A stretch of DNA of 63,441 nucleotides, filler included, from Reticulomyxa filosa (Eukaryota > Protista > Foraminifera), in the NCBI GenBank assembly GCA_000512085.1. It is 16 parts of 16 records of this genome, joined end to end, with 100 filler letters (N's around TTAATTAATTAA, not from the genome) between each part and the next. Parts side by side here need not be neighbours in the genome. Positions count along the whole stretch, not along the records: positions 33,199 to 38,330 come from ASPP01025628.1; positions 38,431 to 58,588 come from ASPP01004634.1; 14 more parts are not named here. One strand, 5' to 3'. This document shows, piece after piece, positions 37,171-50,220 of the stretch (position 1 is its first letter; the number at the start of each line of letters is the position of its first letter). The position numbers and the translations under genes are program-made. Under the pieces are notes generated by a model that was given only the letters and a program-made list of their open reading frames with translations, did not search any database and was not told where the DNA came from.

Positions 37171-37656
37171 GGACTCATTGATATCTTTTTTCATTTTCAT
37201 TTTCATTTTCTTTTTTCTTATCTTTTGGCAGGTATTCAATCTCTTTGTGCTTCTCTTTTTCTTTTTCTTTTTCTTTTTCTCTTTCTTTTTCTTTTTGCAA
37301 GGCCTTTTGATAATCGGGGTCGTGTTCGAAGATTTCTTTTTCGGTCTCCTTTTCGTCGACCATCACTTCCAAGTCCTCGTCTTTGTCTCTTCCCACCAGA
37401 CTGACCACAATGTTGGTATGTCCGTGGCCATTGGCCGAAGAGGAGTGATCTCGATTGACCCGAATGCCACTACCGTTGTAATTGTCATCGCCATCGTCAT
37501 CACCGTCGTCATCGCTGTCGGGCACCCGCAGACTTTCGATGGGGAACTTGACTTGGTGGTAGCTGTTTTTGCGATCAAACTTTTGCAAGTTCTCCAATGT
37601 CAGGCGTTTGGTGTGTGTGGGTTTGCTCATTTCCTTTTCGTCATATTCGTCGCCGT

Positions 37657-37687
<31 letters not shown>

Positions 37688-38288
37688 ATTCCTATCCTTC
37701 TTTTTGTCATTGTCATTGCCATTGCCATTGCCATCGGTATTAACATTAGCATTAATATTAACATTAGCATTGACATTAGTATCGGCATTGACATTGACAT
37801 TGGCATTAGTATTAACATCATTTGTGGTGGTATGTTGCAATGGCTGCGTATCGAGTTCGAGTCTGCTTTCATCTTTGTGGGAAGTACTTGTGTCGACATT
37901 GATTTTTTTTTCTTCTTCTTTATCTTCTTCATCTCGATGCTGGTCTTTGGCGCCGAGCCATAAGGTCGGAACGAAAGGAGAGACGTGTTGGACTTGGACT
38001 TGTGCCTTTTCGTCGTCTTCGAGGTCGGCTTCCATGTCCGTCTCTTGGGCCGTCATAGGAGGGGACAGCGGGCCCTTGTTCACAAGCATCGACGCCAGCG
38101 TGAGCTCGCTGGCGTTGCTTCCAATACTCGTATTGTGTCCGTGGCTATGGCCATACGCACTCGTATTCGCATTCGCATATCCATATCCATATCCAAATCC
38201 ATGGCGATGGCTGAGGTTCGATGTCGTCTTATCGAGGTCATGTCTGACAATGACTGGATTTTCATTGCCATTGATATTATTATCATTA

Positions 38289-38330
<42 letters not shown>
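36484..38330 (-). CDS. Hypothetical low-complexity acidic/Asn-rich protein, partial
   Basis: Chain of overlapping minus-strand ORFs broken at microsatellites. Confidence 0.55.
36975..37170. repeat. (ATT)n microsatellites encoding poly-Asn
   Basis: Long ATT/GTT runs. Similar tracts occur at 29271-29320, 31835-31868 and 38276-38330. Confidence 0.9.
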
Positions 38331-38810
38331 NNNNNNNNNNNNNNNNNNNNNNNNNNNNNNNNNNNNNNNNNNNNTTAATTAATTAANNNNNNNNNNNNNN
38401 NNNNNNNNNNNNNNNNNNNNNNNNNNNNNNTCACTCAGTTCAGTTGCTAGCAGCGAATCTAATGTTATGGATACAAAAAAACATTTCATGGAAAACAGCC
38501 CAAATTGATTTATAGTATTCTACATAATTATCGGGCCAGTAAACTTTTACTTATCATCACTTTGAGTTTGAGTCAAGATTTACATCAGGAAGCAAAAGCA
38601 ACAAACAACAAAGTTAGTGAATATCGGGTTGCTTATCGAACATTAATAGAAGGAAAAACATTTACGTTGATTGAAATAGATGAAATTCGATGTAACCAAA
38701 CTGAACAAAGTCAATTGCGCACTGAGTCAATCTGTTTGGTCTCAAGGTAGAAAAAAAAATACACAATGCAAAAAAAAAAAAACAATACCACAAATTGACA
38801 AATAGTAGAT

Positions 38811-40939
38811 CTATCTTGTATCATTAGTTTTGTGTTTGCACAAAGGACAGGTTGTTTCATTTTGCTTAGACGATTGCGCATGAAACCATGTATCGACGCA
38901 GTTTAAATGGAATTGATGCACTGTTTTCAAGTCATCAAGCGCCTGCATAGAAGACAACGAGGCATATAAATAACAAATTTACAACTTAACAACAAGGTAA
39001 GTATTTGAGATCATCTCCGACACAGTATTGTTGTAGACAAATGTCGCATGCCAGCCTGTATTGAAAAAATTATGAATTCAAATGTTTATTTGCTGTAACA
39101 ATATTGATTTGAATCAACATGAGTCTCAACTTGTCTTGTGGAAGTTTTTCAATATCACTGAGAGTCAAGCGTTTCGTCGGCAAATGTTTCCAGTCATTCG
39201 CTCTATGACGATGGGTTAAATGGCTAGCCTCGTCAACAGAGAAAGCACTGGTACGATGTTGCCGTGCATACATAAAGTTTATAGGAGCCCCACGGAAGAT
39301 ATATTGCGAAAGTGAACTACCCCGCTGTCTGTCTCTCGGCTGCAAAGTAGTGTCACTCTCTGTATTTGTGTCCTTATGTCCGCTGTCGGTGCGTGTTAAT
39401 TCTTGTCCCGAAGGCTCGCTATCATCTTCAATAAAATGGGAAAACGCATTTTCCTGTCCACGAACCAAATCTCCATTCAGCGTTGTGCTAGACCTTTATT
39501 TGTAATTACGGGAATGTGCATTGATTTATTCATTTGATATGACACATTTTGATACGTATGTGCATATTTACATATATGTATATATGCACATATACATATA
39601 TTCTCTTGGGTTTGTTCTACAAAACATAGATGTTCGTCTCCGTCTCTCCTTTTCTCTGTGTTTAGCTTTCTTTTTCTCTTTCTCTCGAATTCTCTGCTCC
39701 ATTGCAACAGCCAAGTACGCGTCTCTCAACAGAGTTTCCTTCATTTCCTCTTCATACAGCAATTTGGCCATTTGTTCGTCTTTTTGCATTTGGTCCATTT
39801 CTTTGTGCTGTGTGGATGACGTGTGCGTTTGTGTCATCGATCCGGCCGTCAACAAGTCTCCGCTCGCCATCGTCTTCTGTTCGTTCGTTTGCGTATCGTG
39901 TTCACGCAGTGCACAATCCAAACACAATCGCACGACGAGTGGCGAATGCGATGAGTCATCACAAATATACAACCCTTCGTTTGTATTCGAAATTGCATGC
40001 CCATGTTGAGTCGCATTACCATTACAAAAAAGTGGTGACTGGTTGTCTTCTCTGTCCATACTCGTTATCACTCTCATTACATTTGGGCAACCCATTTGGG
40101 TGCATTTGATTTTTAGTTTATCCTTTTCATTGCGTTTTTGCGACTGTGATTGTAGCTGCGAATGAGACTGCAGCTGTGGCGTGGATGGAATGGCCTCTTT
40201 TTCATCGCCTTCGGTGTTAACTTCGGTTGCTCTGCGATTCAGCAATGCATTGTCTGCAAATGCAAATGGTTGTCCCAATCTCGGACCCGTGTTGCTTGCC
40301 GTGTCGCTGTTCGTCAATCCATTGCTACTTTTTATCTCATTTGAGTCATCCGACATTGTCGCTGCTGCTTTGGATAATCGTGAAAACGAGATACGATTTT
40401 CTAATACGTTGAACCACTTTCGCACTTTCGTTGCTGTATTATTCAAGTTCTCACTATTGCTCCTACTTATCATTCCGTTTGGAACCTTTGACACATGTTG
40501 CTCATTTCCAATGTGTGTCTTGGCTGAAACACTCTTTTTTCTTTTTGTTTTTTTTATGTGCGTGCAGACATTGCTTACACTTGCCAATGGCTTATTTAAT
40601 TTAGCCTTTTTTGACTTACTCTTTGTTTTGGACAAATTTGGACTGATTGGGCTCCACTTTTAAAATTGCGCCAAAGTGCTGCACCGATTCCGTAGTTGGC
40701 CTTATTTGCAGAAATTTTTCTTGCGGAAAATCGAATTTGAGGGTTACCTCGCAAGAGCACATGTATTGATGCACGTTTTCTATTTGTGGGAAACATTGTC
40801 CCAACCAGTAAACTATAGATCGGTTTAGTGGGTTGTTGGGATTTTTCAAATCAGTCATGTTCCCATCTACGTCACACATCAATACAGTTGCAGTTGTCGA
40901 ATAATGGGGCTGTTGAAGAGGTGAGGCTGTTAACGCCAT
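38811..40939 (-). CDS. C-terminal RING-H2 E3 ubiquitin ligase, multi-exon
   Basis: Splicing intron 38990-38921 gives CDICLQQYCVGDDLKYLPC|LHQFHLNCVDTWF...TCPLCKHKTNDTR*, which the ORF track misses. Linkage to the upstream exons is inferred. Confidence 0.85.
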
Positions 40940-42065
40940 GATTCCTTGGAAATATTAAAATTGTGAAGCCAACAGAAAAACTCACTGAGAAAACTTTTTT
41001 GAAGTAGCTGAATGCAACACGTGCTCCTAGTTTATGCTACCTAATCACTATAAAAATGAATCTGTTTGGTTTGGTACTTTTAGTCGTTTAACAAGTAGTT
41101 TCAAATACTGGACAAACAGTTTATTCAATGTATGAAACATATTAATTGATAATAAGGTTCCACGGGAACGTCTAGACAATTTTTTTCTTCAACTTGTTTT
41201 TGTTTTTTGTTAAATTACTTTTGTTTTTACTGAAATATTGCTTACACCAACTGTTTGACGCTTTATATTATAATAAATTTAATAAAATTTGCTATACCGT
41301 TTGTTTCATAAAGAAAATAATTATTTATTAAAATTATCTATATTTGATTATTATTTGACATAAAGGCTCGAGAAAATAAACTAATACTAAATATTTATTA
41401 AAATACTGATTTACATCAAAGTTAACATAAATTTTATCAAATTAACACAAAATAAATGATATAAACATATTATTCTATCTTCAAATAGTTGCAAAAGCTT
41501 GAAATCAATATCAAAGTTGTTTCACAATATATACTTAAGTATGACTATTAAAAAATACAATAGAATAAAGTTGACAACTAAAACTGCACTTTAATTTTTT
41601 CCATGAAAAAACAGCATAATCAATTTTAAAAAATATTTACAAATAATATATTTTTAAGTGTTATTTTTTATTTTATCTTTTGCATTTTTTCAAAAATTTT
41701 TAAAAGGTCGAAACATATTTGTAAATAGAACTTCACAAACAAAATGCAAAACTTATGATAGTCACTTTTAACTTCGAATGTGATTTTCTTGTGTGATAAT
41801 AATTTTTTGTGTATATTACAAAAACAAAAATTCTGTGGGTTTACACATTCTGTGATCAATACAAGAGATTTTTTATTGAAAAAGCAAAGTACAAACGAAG
41901 TTTCGCTGTTATAATTGCTTTATTATGTCCACAATTCAACCCAAAATAGACTGATTGACTGAGATATATACTTTCAATTCAATTGCCAAAAAAAAGAAAA
42001 AATAGCATTGGAGAGGAAGTTGACCAAAAAAAGGTTAGAGCATAAAGACTAGGTTTGTTGAGTGT

Positions 42066-44222
42066 TCAAGATTGTACGTGAATTGGACCAACATCAGTAC
42101 TTTTCGATGATGATGATTCCTCAGATTCCGAGTCTGACGAAACTGAATTTTTTGGATGGAGTATCGCATTTTCATCATCTCCATCATCATCTCCCGCGTG
42201 CGGTCGAACGGAAGTATTTAGGACTGTATTAATTTTTTCCGATACTCGGTCATTGGTTGCAGCTTTTTTCTTACCATTATTCTCATTGTTATTTGGACCA
42301 TTAGAAACAGTATTATTTTTGGTAGCTGGTAGTTCATCTTGTCAACAAAGACATAACACAAATGACAGCAACATATATACTATAATCTTTTTTGAGGTGA
42401 GAAGAATCATACTAAACTGGCACTTTTATTGGCTGAAGAAAGACTGAAGGGCACGACAATATTTGATTTTCCTTATTTGCTTTCAAGCTTTTGCTGAGCT
42501 GTCAGCACGAGTATTGTTAACATCATCATTAGTCGTAAATTCATTCACATGTGACCATTTTCCTTGCATCAATCCATCTGATTCTTCGTCGCTTAATTGA
42601 TGGCCCAGTGTTTCATCGTCTTCGGTATCATCTTCGTCATCGTCTTCGACTTTGTCTTTTTTATTGATGACTGTGCCAATCTCAATCTCCTCGGATCCCT
42701 CACTATGTTTGTCGTGTTCATAAACCAAGTCTTCTTCTTCCGCCCTCGACAACTTTTGATCACTTGGTGTGTTTATTTCCATATCTTCGTCCTCGGCAAG
42801 CGAATTCGATTTTTTGGAGTTGGGCAATTTGTTTTGTACCGTGTTTCGAGCAACAGAGACATCTAGACCATCCTTTTCTTCCATTTCAGAGCCTTCCGGA
42901 ACGGAAACTAGTTTGGATGCGGCGTTTTTGCCATTTGAGCCAGCACCAGTTTTTTCGTGTAAAACTTGCCATTGTTGTTGTTCACTCTGATTTGGCGATA
43001 CGAAAAAACGATTGTACATTTTCGGATCAGCCATGTTGCCCAGCATATAAGTTCGTGTACGAACCACGCGTGGTTCATGGTCACCATCTGAACCTTGCAA
43101 TACATAGGTCTGATATGCCGGCATTATATTGTGATACACATCACGGCCGACGTCTTTGAATGACAGAACCTTTTTTTTTTATGTATTTGAAAAAAGGAAA
43201 AGAGTTTGAGAGAGGAAAAAAAAGCTGTGATAATTCATCATATTGTATGGTGGTATATTTGTGTTATATTGGCTGAATCGCAACTGAAAGTGATGCATTG
43301 ATGACATTATACTCTGGTATCCCGGTCTGGAATTCCCACCATGGGAACGAGTTGATGTGAATGAAGGCAAATATATTCATTTCGATGCATAAAATGAAAT
43401 CGTTCCATCTTGTGGCTTCCTCGTATGTCATTCCCGGTGCTATTGTCACTGCAAGTGCTTGCCAGTATGTTGCAAATATCACAATTTTCACTGCAAAGAA
43501 TTTTCTCACTGGTGAAAATGCCCGAATATCCGCACGAACCGCTAAATAAAATAATAGTAATCCATATAATGCTAATGTGTACGATATATTATAAACTATC
43601 AGTTCAAACCACTACAATACAAACCAACACAGTTTCAACTTTTTTTTTTAATATCTGGCCTCTAATGATTTTTTTTTTTGAACAAAGTGTCACCCCTTCC
43701 TCTCCTCTTTTCCATACGAACATAATATGCAACATCGTCTTGATGATTCGTGGCCATCAAAATCAAGGTTAAAAATGCCATAATGGGTTTGAGTACAATA
43801 AATTGAATGCAAGACTGTTTGCAAAATCTCAAAAATCGCACGTTTAGTTGCATTTTTGGCAAAAAGCAGAACGGCCACGGATGTGCCAGTGGATTCTTGT
43901 GTGATAATAAAACAATTAGTGAGGATTCACCTCCGACATATCCCAGCACCAATGTCAAGAAACAGTACACCACAAAAGACTCATATATATCTCTTATGCT
44001 GTCAAAATACCCTCCTAAATGATGATATCGAATGCTTAGCCACGAGAGTATCGCATATAAGGGAACGATGAATAAAATTCGCACAATGTAAAGTTGTTGC
44101 TCTGGACGCGTGTAGTATTGCACATGTCTAAACATATTATAGAGAGCTAGGAAACAGCCCAGCCACGAACATACGCCTGCCACTATCCATGCAGTATCGG
44201 AAGTAACCCATTCAAACCACAT
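42066..44222 (-). CDS. TMEM184 / OST-alpha family multi-pass membrane protein
   Basis: YTRPEQQLYIVRILFIVPLYAILSWLS, DSIRDIYESFVVYCF, QFIVLKP, KFFAVKIVIFATYWQ and DFILCIEM motifs, plus an acidic tail. Confidence 0.92.
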
Positions 44223-44503
44223 TATCAAACAATCCAAAGGAAAAAAACGGGGAACGGCCTTTGGTTGTGTTTTCTCACAGTGTCAGAACGAAAACAAAAA
44301 AATATATCCTTGTACTTTGAAATGGAATTATGTTCAAGGAGAGTTGTGGCTTCAATCATTCAATAAGGTTGCGGACAAGTGCTTCCTTCTCAGAAAAACT
44401 TCAACAGATAAACGCAGAAAAAAAAAAGACATATGACATGTAAGATGTAAAACAATGGATTAATCTAACAAGATATTTTTCTCTGAATTTAAAAAAGAAG
44501 ATT

Positions 44504-47500
44504 TCAAAGACGATCATCAGAATTGGAGCGATGCTTCGCGTCCCATACAACAACGTGTTTTCCTTGAACAGAAGGATAAAAGAAAGTGGAGCGGGTACGT
44601 AGATTGAATCGGCAACAACCCCTATAACGAAAAGCCTCAATGGCAATGGAAGAAAATGGAATAGCCATAAGAATGGAAACAAGGATTACAGTTTTGTGTT
44701 GGTTTAAAGAGTTTTGATTGAAAGCAACGGAGATGATGAGGAGTACATGTAACAAGATCGAGAAAAACCCATGCCAAAAATGGACACTCGAATGTAAAAA
44801 TGGCTTGAATAGCAATTGCGCGATTAAAACGAGCTGCGAAATCATGAGGATTAAGCATAAGTTGGTGAACCTACTCCAAGGCGAGGCCTGTGTAATCAGA
44901 ATGATGAAAAATCTCTGCAAAATCAAGAGAAATTCCCAATACCAAGTTTCTTTTTTAAAATAATAGCAAAATGGGGACATCATTCGATCGGTGTCATTCT
45001 GTCGATACAAGAGAACAAACGAGACAATAAGCGCAAGACACAAGCAGAAGAAAATGGAAAAAGCGAGCCACCAATTCCAGCCGAAGCAAGTTTCACTTCC
45101 AGCAAAGGAGTGTATCCAGCCGTAGTCTAAGATATTACGACAACTTAGAACAGTAATCAAAGACCACATGGAGGCGTTCAATCCGAACAAAAACAACATG
45201 ACAAAGGCAGCTTTCAAATTTTCACGGCGGAAATATTCAATGCCACTGTAACGTGAGTCGCGACCGTGATTCAAATCAATTAGCCATTTCTCCATTAATG
45301 GAGATTGATTGGTTGTGGACAAGCCATTGTTACCATTATCTTCATGTTCATCATTATCATTATCATTATCATTATCATTATCATGTCCATCATTTGGAAT
45401 AGAGGGATCAATGTCACAAGCTTTGCAGTTATTGAAACAAAGAAGACGAAAATACCACCACTTTGGTAAGGCGCGAAAGCAAGTGAGTATCAAGACGAGT
45501 AACGCGATGACGAACAACGGAATATATGACTGTTGCAAGGAATTCATCCCATCGAACACGCAATATCCAACATCGTGATTGGTACCAGAGCTGTTCACCA
45601 AGCTCCCTCTCAACACAGAGAGCATCGTGCCATAGGCCGAAATCAAACTTCGATTCAAAAACACCGTCGTCGATTGATAAAAATAACACACGCTTTTCAA
45701 TAGAAATGGATTCCAAAATAACCACCATGGGTCGATAACTGCCATAGTCCCTTTGGCACGATCACTGTCCATTGTCGATACAAATACTCCTCGCTGATAT
45801 TGGGTCAAAGACGGGGTGGTTCGTAGTATCCATATCACAAATGCCACACATGGGAAAATTGGAATAATAAACACCAGCCAATTCACTCCAATGCACTTTG
45901 CACAACCCATTCCCGCCCCGATTGTGTCACTAAATCCGTCATTGCAGGCTCCACACAAAGGTACGGTCTCATTTCGATTGGACTCACACAGACTGGACTT
46001 GTCCGAATATGTGCATGTGGTTTGCTGACAGCAATATTCAATCGGACACTCCACCGCCTTTAAAGACACGCTCCTGTCTGCCCAGTAGTTTTGCTCAATC
46101 AACACTCGGTTCCCTCCTTCGCATCTGATACCTTTCTTTGGACAGGACTCACACGTAGTGGACGTTCTGGAAAGCAGGTTGAATGTTCCGGGAACACAAG
46201 GAGAGCATTGCAACCCGTCAAATGTCCCATAGCCCTGTGGGCATGTTTTCAGAGTGAACTCGAACATGTCCGCCACGATAAGTCCATAATTGTTGGGCAT
46301 CGCCTTTTGCTGGTATTGTTCATACACTGTTATTGAGAGTTGGGGTGTATTTTGAATATCGTCGATCACCATTAAATTGCTGGTTATCAGTGTTGCACTC
46401 ACGTATCCACGTTCGGTGGCATTGCTAGTCACACCAAGAAGAAGAAGAAGAAGAAGAAAAAAAATAATTAATACACATACACACACACACACAAATACAT
46501 ATGTACATGATATAGATGTAATATTTTGAATACATATCAGACAGCATTACTGAAATATTTGAGTGCTGACAACAAGCCAATCATATGAGAAAATTTGTAA
46601 GGATCCAAAAGAAACATTCCAAAATGTGCTATCTACATTCCCTCCATAAATGTCCAATATCGTGAGAGTGATATAGGGGTTGGCTCCTGGGAAGAGTGAT
46701 GGATCTGTCCCTGTCACTTGCACGCCATCGATATTGTATAGTGTGACATCAAGGATACGTACACTGCTAGGTCCGCCAGAGGCAATGACAGTGGGCACGA
46801 CACTCGAGTTCGTGACATTAATCCACGAGACGCTTCGATAATAAGTCGTATTGACAACGATCGAGCGATTGTACTTGCAGTTGATATCCAGACAGGGTAT
46901 GTAATAGTCACTCGACAAAGTGCTGTTAGTAATATGTTTGCCCTCGCAATCGTCATTTAAACAATACACCACATGTCTGCAGACACTCGGATAAGATACC
47001 AATCGACTATGTTGAAGTCAATTGTATACATTACACTGTATCGCCGTTCCAAGGCCAAACTTCTTCTCCTTCAAACAAAGCAAAGAATAACATACAACAC
47101 TCGGACGTGGAATAAACAAAAAAAAAAAAACTTGGAACGATTGGTGGTTGGCCAATCAATGAAAATGTCGCCCAATGTCAGTTTCACAAGCGTGGAATTC
47201 AAAAAGATTTGCTGGTTTTGCAACATAACCTGCGGGTTAAAGATCTGAATCAATGAACACGTTTTGCACATCGTATTGAGGCCGTGCGTGTTGTTTGCAA
47301 AATGGTAATAGCGCAACATAATCGTTGTCGATAGCATGGAAAGAATGCTATTCCATTGTTTGTTGTTCTCCAAAACGTTTGGATGCATATCGAGATGGAG
47401 ATTAGGATTCACAGTGTACAGATCGGAATATTGCTGCCAGAGACTCTCGCAGTCCATGGTATTGGCGGCAATGAGGTTCCATTGATCTAGATATTCCGCG

Positions 47501-50018
47501 CCGTTCATGCTATATGTTCGTTCATCGTTCAGCACATTCGATCCGAAATACGAGTTATACAAGCACAGATTTGAAAACGCCACAAAGAACGCAAACCAGT
47601 TCTGACCCAACAGTTGTGAGTAATTGGGATTGATCACAAGTATATTGTCGCTAATGTTGCTTCGTATCAATATCACGTCGTCAAACACAATGCCTTGAAC
47701 CTCTGCTACGTCTTGTGCAAGTAATATATTCTTATAGACGAACCATTCTGATATTGTCACTGGACAACCACGTTGTTGCCAGTCCAATTGGTCGTTATAT
47801 GCCAATGTCATCCATTCTTTTGTTTTGTTTTTTTTTTAAAAACAAAAAAAACAAAAAAACAAATACAAATTCTACAATAACAACAAAAGAGAAAGAGAGA
47901 GAGAGAGAGGAAAATGAACTCGAAACCTATGGTGATACTGCCTTGATCGGACGTGGTTGGCTCATGAATTTCCGAAAAGGATAACAAAGAATTATTACTG
48001 ATTTCAACGTACGAATATTTGTACGTGGCGGATATGGACACCGTCGTGTGGATATTGAATATGATACTAGTCGAGCTTTTGATTGTCACGTTTTTCCAAG
48101 TCATCACTTTAACGTCGAGTAGATAAAAACTGAGAGCTCCGCAATACTGCATATCCCACTATTTCCATTGCACGCACATGCACATACATATACGTATATA
48201 TGTACATATATACGTGTATGTGTATATGTATAGATATCTTAGCTAACGTTAGAGAATTGCACTTTGGTTTCAACCAAGTCTTGAGAAGACAGTCTGATAA
48301 ATCGCACTCCTCGATTGTCATTAATATTGGAACGGCGTACGGTCAAATTGTTGAGCAGGAGTTGGGCAGGATTATAGAGTTGGATCAAGTCTCCTTCCCA
48401 TTCGCTATCTGCAATGTACCAGTTCTGAACCAACACAACCGCAAACGGAACAGACATCTGCAGCCATGGATTGCGCATTAGGCATCCATTCATTTCAATG
48501 CCTGTCAGGTTTAGCACTATCGTGTTGGTCAATGCATTCGACGTGCTTAGATATATCATTGGCGTCGACGACATTATATTGCTCCAGGTTTGGTCGTGTT
48601 CAAACGATACGTTTTGAAACGTCACATTCATTTGAAAGCGCTTTGTTTTTTTTTTTGCACACTATTGCTTATGTCAGTCAAACAACACCGTAAAAAATAC
48701 ATGTGTCATTTGGACTCCGAAACTGAGTTTGTGCTTGTTTCATCGAAGGAATTACTATCTTGCCACCAAAACACCATAAACTCGTCCAAAAAGCGGGTGT
48801 TCTTCACCACAACTGAGGTTACGGCGTAAATGTCCATCAAATGAGGTCTTCCAATCACAAATATCGACCCATCCAAAATACTCTGTCCAATTTCACATCT
48901 GTCCACTGTCAGCATTACATTCGTGGCAAAGCCATCATCCAATATTATACTCTTTCAATCGTTCATTTTGTCATTTGTGTAAATTTTTTTTTTTTTTTTT
49001 TTTAAAAAAAGGGCTATAAATTATCCTCAACACCACTCTTAATTGTCAACTGTATAGGCTTGGTTGCTGTCAAATCGACTCTCAGAAATGTACAGCGATG
49101 TATGTAGTATCGGAAGAATGCGGCAATATGAATGCCGAGGACGAGAAAACATTCTGCACAAATGTGCAGCGGTGCACGGATCGCGTAGTTGTAAATGGGT
49201 CCATATTTGTGTTCAAGGCAAATACACAATCTTGCATATGCATGCGCGTGCTGTGGCAATAGTCCATATTAATAGCGCCATTGCAAATCACTTGTGTCAA
49301 CCAGCTTTGCAAACTGCAATTATAAACGAATGCCGACGTCATTCGAATTTCTCTGGAATTTTCTGTCGGGTCACTTCCAGTGTAAGGATTAATGCTAAGC
49401 AATGGTGTGTTCAAAAACATCGACATGTTCTTACTTACCGCTTCTGCTGATTCTTGGATATTTTGTAATGTCCAATCCTTCAATTCCAGTGCCTCCACAT
49501 AATCACTTATTACAAATAATGCATTAAAACCTTAACTCCAATGTAACACAACACATATTTTGGGGTTTTTAGATTTGCATGCATATAAGGAAAGTATACA
49601 CACACACACCAGTTCTGGATTGATATTCCATTTTCGTTTCTACACTCTTGTACCGATAGGACAGATTGGTATAAACATTGTCCAAATGTAAGTGATTTAT
49701 TGACATATTCACGCCGGTTGTGTGAGTTGTCGTGTCCAAAAACAAGTAGTTCACAAACATGCAATTCACAAAGGATAAATTGAAGTTCAGCTCGATTCTC
49801 ATTATTTCCATATTGCCTTCTTTGTCGGAGAGCGTCACACTACAGTTAGAACTGGGAACTGAAGAGTTGAAGTCAATCGGAACATACGTTAGCTTTACTG
49901 CGCTTTGCTGTCCAATTGTCTCGATTATTTCATGCACTGTGCATGTGCATGGTGTCAGATCCAACGATATAGCACTCCCAGCAAAAATTGAAAGCAATAG
50001 CAAGCTAATTGTAGACAT
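44504..50018 (-). CDS. Very large surface protein: signal peptide, beta-rich ectodomain, Cys-rich repeats, C-terminal multi-TM domain
   Basis: Begins MSTISLLLLSIFAGSAIS, continues through many N-glycosylation-site-rich exons, then CPQGYG...CSPCVPGTF...CESCP...CPIEYCC...LCGACNDGFS, YFYQ, YWEFLLILQR and KPF among about 7-9 hydrophobic segments. Confidence 0.78.
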
Positions 50019-50220
50019 TTTTTAGCCTCTTGTCCCTTGTAACAAAAATTCTACAGCCAGTTCTTCCTGAAGTACACCAATAAATAATATAAACGTAAAA
50101 ACTTGTAAACTGTGATTCCTATTTCAAGTATTGACACTTGGTAGTTGTTGATATCTTTAAAACTGTTGTTTTGAAGGAGCGACCAAAGTTCATTACAATA
50201 ATACCGTTAATCTCTGAGGC

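Noticed and set aside
36892-38386. Long plus-strand poly-Ile/Leu/Ser ORFs (also 1440-2517 and 29697-32466)
   Set aside because: Antisense shadows of trinucleotide repeats in minus-strand genes.
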